Of a stretch of 64,000 bases of DNA, positions 59,510 to 64,000 are shown piece by piece. The notes beneath the pieces were generated by a model. The model was not told where the DNA came from, did not search any database, and saw only the letters and a list, made by a program, of their open reading frames with translations. A program made the position numbers and the translations under genes. Numbering within the stretch: position 1 is the stretch's first letter; each line of letters begins with the position of its first letter. Source of the DNA: a virus (Duplodnaviria; Caudoviricetes); the IMG/VR virus record IMGVR_UViG_3300020577_013187, positions 8,233 through 72,232 of that record; one strand, written 5' to 3'.

Positions 59510-59989
59510 TTATTGCTTGAATATAAGATAAATCATTCCACCAGTATCTTTAAAATAGATATTGGGATAGGTTAGTTGTTTGTTGATAATTTCATGAGTT
59601 AATTCAATACCTATCTTTATTTTAGATCTTCCGATAGCGTCAATGATATCAGTTGCTCTAATATATTTATAAAAAATACCAGGACTCCTGGAATCACAAG
59701 GAAATTTCCAAATAGCAAAAAGAAAAAGCTCATCTTCTACATGTTTATTTTTAGCTTTCTCAATAATTTCATCAATATCAACTTCGATCATTTCAGAAAT
59801 TTTTAAAAGAGTAAGAAAAGATGGATTAGCATTGCCATTTAAGAGAGTTTCAAGATATTTAAAGGAATATTGACTTTCATCAACTATATTTTGAATAGAA
59901 ATAGATTTTTTATTCAAATAGCATTGAATAGCTTTACCAATATTTTTTAATATATTGCGTTCATTTGATGAGATTTTGTATTGATCCAT
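59510..59989 (-). CDS. XRE-family HTH domain fused to an unknown C-terminal domain
   Basis: SIQNIVDESQYSFKYLETLLNGNANPSFLTLLKISEMIEV. Confidence 0.6.
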   Translation of the reverse strand: MDQYKISSNERNILKNIGKAIQCYLNKKSISIQNIVDESQYSFKYLETLLNGNANPSFLTLLKISEMIEVDIDEIIEKAKNKHVEDELFLFAIWKFPCDSRSPGIFYKYIRATDIIDAIGRSKIKIGIELTHEIINKQLTYPNIYFKDTGGMIYLIFKQ

Positions 59990-60767
59990 CTTATTCTCCT
60001 ATTTACTTTATTAAATTAATTTGATAATTCTTCTATTTTTTTTAAAATGACTTCATTAAAATATTCATCATAGACTATTTCACCTAAACGTCTAAGATCA
60101 AAATTATTGCTTACACCAAAAGTTTCATTAAGATTTTTACATTGATAGGCTATTTCCATATAGAAGCCTTCCTCTAATCCTAAAAGCATAGCAGATTTTT
60201 CCCAACTAAAATCATCAAACTCTCTATCTAGAATATCTTGAGCTTTATTATTTTCTTCAACTAAAATTGTTATTTTATCAGCTAATTTTTGATTAAATTT
60301 TTTCATTCTCTATCCCTATGTTTAGTTAAATAATTGTCTACCTTATCCTCTCTAAAAGAGTTGTTATTTCAATATCTTTCTTCATGAGTTCTTTTTTGAG
60401 TTCTCTATTAAGTAAATCTTGTTTGTCATACCAATTAATAATTTTCTGTTTCATATCTTGTTTAAATTGCTCTAATCTTTCTTGGCTATTCATATATTAT
60501 TTCCCTTTGTTATGAATTGGCAATATATCCAGCTTCTCTTGGATAATAACAAGTTACAAATTTAGAGGCCTCTTTTTCTTCCCATCCCCATTTATCAATT
60601 AAAACATTTTTAACATTCTGTAGCCACATAGCTACACTAACTGTCATTATTCCTTCACTGACTTTATTCATGGCTTTAATTAAACTTGATTGTCTTTTAT
60701 AGTTCATTGGATTTTTCATTATTTTATCTCTTATTCGTTTTATTTTGTTTAACCAACTTATGAATTA

Positions 60768-60795
60768 ACTATACACTACTTTAAAAAATAGTCAA
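60768..60795 (-). promoter_or_regulatory. Repeated early promoter TTGACT-N16-TATAGT
   Basis: actatacactactttaaaaaatagtcaa (identical to 54990-55017). Confidence 0.7.
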
Positions 60796-60831
60796 TATAT
60801 TATTTTAAAATAAAAAGATATTAATTAAATA

Positions 60832-61143
60832 CTATCTTCTTTTTGAAAAACTTAAATATAAGCCAGTAGTTTCTTCAAAGATTTTTACTAAATCTTCACA
60901 ATAGGCATCATTAAAAGATTCAACTGTCTTATATTCTAACCATTTTGGGCTAAATTGAGAAAATGTAACTGAGTAGGTATCAGAAGGCATTAATTTTATT
61001 GTACAGGTATTAACTCTTTTACTACCTTTGAACTTAAAAGTTAATGAATCTTCAGTGTAAGTAAAGCTATGAGCTGCAACAAACATTTTCAATGCTGTAA
61101 AACCATTTAATTGTTCGATGATTGTTTGAGCTACTTGATTCAT
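60832..61143 (-). CDS. Conserved phage early hypothetical protein
   Basis: VAQTIIEQLNG...LTFKFKG...DTYSVTF...YCEDLVKIFEETTGLYL. Confidence 0.6.
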   Translation of the reverse strand: MNQVAQTIIEQLNGFTALKMFVAAHSFTYTEDSLTFKFKGSKRVNTCTIKLMPSDTYSVTFSQFSPKWLEYKTVESFNDAYCEDLVKIFEETTGLYLSFSKRR

Positions 61144-61190
61144 TTTCTTATCTCCTGATTAATTGTTTTGTCTCAACTGATTATGAATTA

Positions 61191-61218
61191 AGTATACACT
61201 AGTTTAATTTAAAGTCAA
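61191..61218 (-). promoter_or_regulatory. Repeated early promoter TTGACT-N16-TATACT
   Basis: agtatacactagtttaatttaaagtcaa. Confidence 0.7.
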
Positions 61219-61219
61219 T

Positions 61220-61263
61220 ATAAAAAAATACCCTAATATCTTTTTTTTTGATATTAGGGTATT
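61220..61263 (-). terminator. Intrinsic terminator immediately upstream of a repeated promoter
   Basis: aataccctaatatc/gatattagggtatt 14-bp stem plus A-run. Confidence 0.75.
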
Positions 61264-61317
61264 AAATGTATAAAAAAGTTAAATCTTTACACACATTAGA
61301 CACAATATACTTAAATT

Positions 61318-61568
61318 TTAAGGTTTTCTATATATATCATTTTCCTCAGCATCGGGAGCTAATAAAGCTTTTTGGACAAAATTTAATTGATTCATTATCT
61401 CTTCAGCTACTTTGTTTTCCTCTCTTTCCCAAAGATAGGCAGGAAAAGCTTTTTTAAAGCCATCTGTTTCTGCAACTTGTTTAAAAAAATCTTTAATTGT
61501 TCCAGTATGGGCTTACCGTCATATTAACCTGAAACTCTATCTCCTACTTTTATTTGTTCAATATCCAT
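61318..61568 (-). pseudogene. Probable disrupted gene (in-frame TAA plus 1-nt frameshift)
   Basis: AAAGGA RBS, MDIEQIKVGDRVSG*YDGKP, then continues in another frame TGTIKDFFKQVAET...DIYRKP*. Confidence 0.45.
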
Positions 61569-62006
61569 ATGTTATCCTTTAAAATAATAGGCATACCCTC
61601 CCCCCAAATCTTGAGAATATGCCTATTAATAACAACTTATGCAATTTATTGCTAATTATTTTTATTAATATACTATAACTTATTATAACATTAATATTTT
61701 CAATAAGTTACAATTTTAGTAAAAATAGTTTCACCGTGTTTTTTTGTATTTTAAAATAGATCAGAGGCTTTATAGTTACTTCCTCTATTATAAGTAGGCT
61801 TTTTAAATAATTTGCTCAAAGATTTATCCTCTACAATTCTAACTATTTGATCATTATCTTTTAACACAAATTGAGCAATTTTTTCAGCTTGTTTGATAAG
61901 AGAATTAAATTCTGTATTAGTAGAAAAGGATTGGTTCTCTAAAAGCATTTTAAAAATTTCCATTCTTATATTAATTAAATTTATATTTTTATTCATAACT
62001 TTTCTT

Positions 62007-62037
62007 GTAAAAAACCTTAACTGACGAAGTTAAGGTT
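62007..62037 (-). terminator. Terminator-like hairpin just upstream of gene 61751-61996
   Basis: aaccttaac-tgacgaa-gttaaggtt; U-run follows on the minus strand. Confidence 0.6.
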
Positions 62038-62137
62038 AGTCGTAATACATCTAAGTAAATAAGTAAAACGGAAGATGCCATGAGAAGATTATAGCACCAT
62101 TGTAGGTGCGGCCTAATGGTAACACGACCACATCTTT

Positions 62138-62180
62138 TACATAAAAAGATGTTAGCGCATCTTTTTATGTATTTTTTATT
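62138..62180. terminator. 14-bp hairpin with a mutually exclusive alternative 9-bp hairpin
   Basis: tacataaaaagatg-ttagcg-catctttttatgta followed by ttttttatt; the alternative is acatctttt/aaaagatgt (62130-62152). Confidence 0.55.
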
Positions 62181-62682
62181 ATATAGACGATTAATCTTTA
62201 AAAATCAACTACTTTTATGCAAAAAAAGCCAAAGATGGTTATTTGAATGACAAACTTAACCAATTTTCGCACATCAATGAATTGCTAAAAGTAATATTAA
62301 TTTCAAATAGTTGTGAGATAAATAATGCTTCAACAGATTCGTCTCTTATAGATACTGTAAACCTAGCTGTTGAAAAATTTTTCTTATCAGAGCAGCCGAG
62401 AATTTATTATAAAACTTTTAATATTCTCTCAACTAATTTTTTTAACTCTTGAATATCATTTTGTTCAGTAAAGCCAAATAATAACCTTTCAGAATCAGCA
62501 AATAGTCCTAATTGTTTATCCCAAGAAGAAAAACCAGTTGATATTTCTACTTCTTGAATTTTAAGTTTTTCTATATCAATATTATTTTGCTTAATCCTAA
62601 GAACAAATTTAACTAATTCTATTAATTGCTTTTCATCTAATTTTAAAAGTTCTATTGACATAATAATCCTTTATTAATAATA

Positions 62683-62767
62683 TGGAAGTAGGTGGGATTC
62701 GAACCCCCGAAGGTCTATGACCACTTGATTTACAGTCAAGCTCCTTTGGCCTCTTGGATATATTTCC
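62683..62767 (-). tRNA. trnY: tRNA-Tyr (GTA), type II with long variable arm; A5.C68 mismatch and bulged T-stem
   Basis: cttga-ctGTAaa-tcaag anticodon arm, ggtc-ata-gacc variable arm, TTCGAAT T-loop, A73 discriminator; CCA not encoded. Confidence 0.85.
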
Positions 62768-63524
62768 TTTTATTTTTTTAGTTTTCTTCGGGGTATCTTT
62801 CTTCATATGCCTTCCAAGCTTCTTCATACCAATCCCAATTATCTACCCCTGCATTTTTTAAACAATCTAAAAAACGACTGTCTTGTAAAAGTCTTTTGTA
62901 TTCGTCTTCTGAAATTGTAATAGTTTTTTCTTTATTTTTTTTGTCACTCATAACATATCCTTATTTTATAATATTAATTAATCTTCTATATAAAGAGGTA
63001 TGCTCACAAAATAATCTTTAGAATATTCATAATCAAATTCTTCATGTGATAAAATAAAACGACGCCTTTCAAAAACAAAATTTTCAGGATCAGGGATTCC
63101 ACAAAACAATCTAGCTTTTTCATTTAAAGGTACAATAATTTCAAAAGGTAGATTGTTTTGTGGTAAAGGCATAATTTTATAGCATCCACATCTAGTCATT
63201 AAAGCAACACGAAGTTTTTTAGACATAAAATATTAACAATTTTCAGATTCTATTTCAAGGATAGATGGATCATACTTTTCTAAGTATTCTCTTATATTTA
63301 AAAATTTATCAGAACCACTTTTATTGACATCATTTATTATTTTTTCTGCTTCCATTAAACGATTAATTAAAGAATTGATTTCTATTACTAATTCAGCATT
63401 TATAGCCACTAATCTTCTATAATTATTTACTGAAGAAATTTCAATTTGTCCCACTTCTTTAAATGATTGAATAACCCATTTCTTAGTTTCTTTTAAACTC
63501 ATAAAATTTTTTAATTAATAAAAA

Positions 63525-63627
63525 CAGGCCTTGCAGGAATCGAACCTGCTTTTGCTTGCAAGCATGCCTTTAACAAAAAAGGACGTATGTAGTACTCAAG
63601 CAAGTTTTACCAATAAACTATAGGCCC
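63525..63627 (-). ncRNA. tRNA-like RNA (103 nt) with a 40-nt insert in place of the anticodon loop
   Basis: GGGCCTA/AAGGCCT acceptor (G.U and A.A pairs), GTTT-attggta-AAAC D arm, TGCTT/AAGCA stem enclosing 40 nt, GCAGG-TTCGATT-CCTGC T arm. Confidence 0.75.
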
Positions 63628-63636
63628 TTAAATTAA

Positions 63637-63773
63637 TAGAGCAGGTTGGAGTCGAACCAACTGGCCATTCACTCCACCGACGTTCCCAGCTAATATCTAG
63701 CTGTACAGGCAACGGTTTACCGATAGCCAAGTTATTGCCTCTCTTTGCGTGTCACCGTCCACGCCGCTGCTCT
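63637..63773 (-). ncRNA. tRNA-like RNA (137 nt) with a multi-hairpin domain in place of the anticodon/variable arms
   Basis: Perfect AGAGCAG/CTGCTCT acceptor, GCGTG-gacggtga-CACGC D arm, GTTGG-TTCGACT-CCAAC T arm; internal aggcaa/ttgcct, cgg-taaa-ccg and cagcta-gatat-tagctg stems. Confidence 0.8.
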
Positions 63774-64000
63774 AACCTAAATTTAAACCTACTACTACAC
63801 TATAGACCTTAGATTTTACCATTCAGTATCTTCATCCCAAGGAGATCTCATTCTCTTAACTCTATAATCAGACCTTCTTTCAATCGGGATCTCATCTTGA
63901 TGATATGAATTAGCTTCTTGAAAAGAATAAAATTCTTTTTCATAACTCTCATCATCACTAAAAGAATCATACTTATTCTTTTTTTCAACTTTATGCATAA

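Noticed and set aside
62633-62827. 64-aa ORF from the track
   Set aside because: It overlaps the whole tRNA-Tyr gene on the same strand and is a shadow ORF.
63525-63773. tmRNA or tRNA-Sec interpretation of the tRNA-like RNAs
   Set aside because: They are too short for tmRNA, have paired D stems and no tag ORF, and show no UCA anticodon or tRNA-Sec arm geometry.
1-64000. CRISPR array or stop-codon reassignment
   Set aside because: No regularly spaced repeat-spacer array was seen. Long genes read open in code 11 and end in TAA, TAG or TGA; the only internal stop found is a TAA in a pseudogene.

Overview
AT-rich 64-kb segment of a large contractile-tailed (myovirus-type) phage genome, with almost all genes on the minus strand. 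Bases 1-31.2 kb are the morphogenesis module with a Herelleviridae/Twort-like gene set: baseplate J-like, wedge, spike, hub, tape measure with lytic transglycosylase, chaperones, tube, sheath, neck, major capsid, scaffold, fibre proteins and prohead protease. Portal and terminase are not recognisable in the window. From about 31 to 64 kb is an accessory/early region of short ORFs driven by eight copies of a TTGACT-N16-TATAnn promoter. It holds three RNA-repair enzymes (RtcB, RlaP-type nucleotidyltransferase, DRB0094/Rnl5-type ligase), a DEDD exonuclease, a PLD nuclease and an orphan methyltransferase. Two complete IS1595-family elements, each with terminal inverted repeats and an 8-bp target duplication, carry passenger genes. 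Element 1 (49625-53233) carries a DNA methyltransferase and an HNH nuclease and has a Bacteroidota-type promoter. Element 2 (56630-59037) has a mirror-symmetric layout: a stand-alone WYL gene and three small genes, two of them expressed from an identical 38-bp inverted promoter-RBS-ATG cassette. At the right end are a tRNA-Tyr and two tandem tRNA-like RNAs whose anticodon arms are replaced by large inserts. A Tad1-like anti-defence sponge candidate lies inside the structural module. All functional calls come from motif recognition by eye; no database searches were run.
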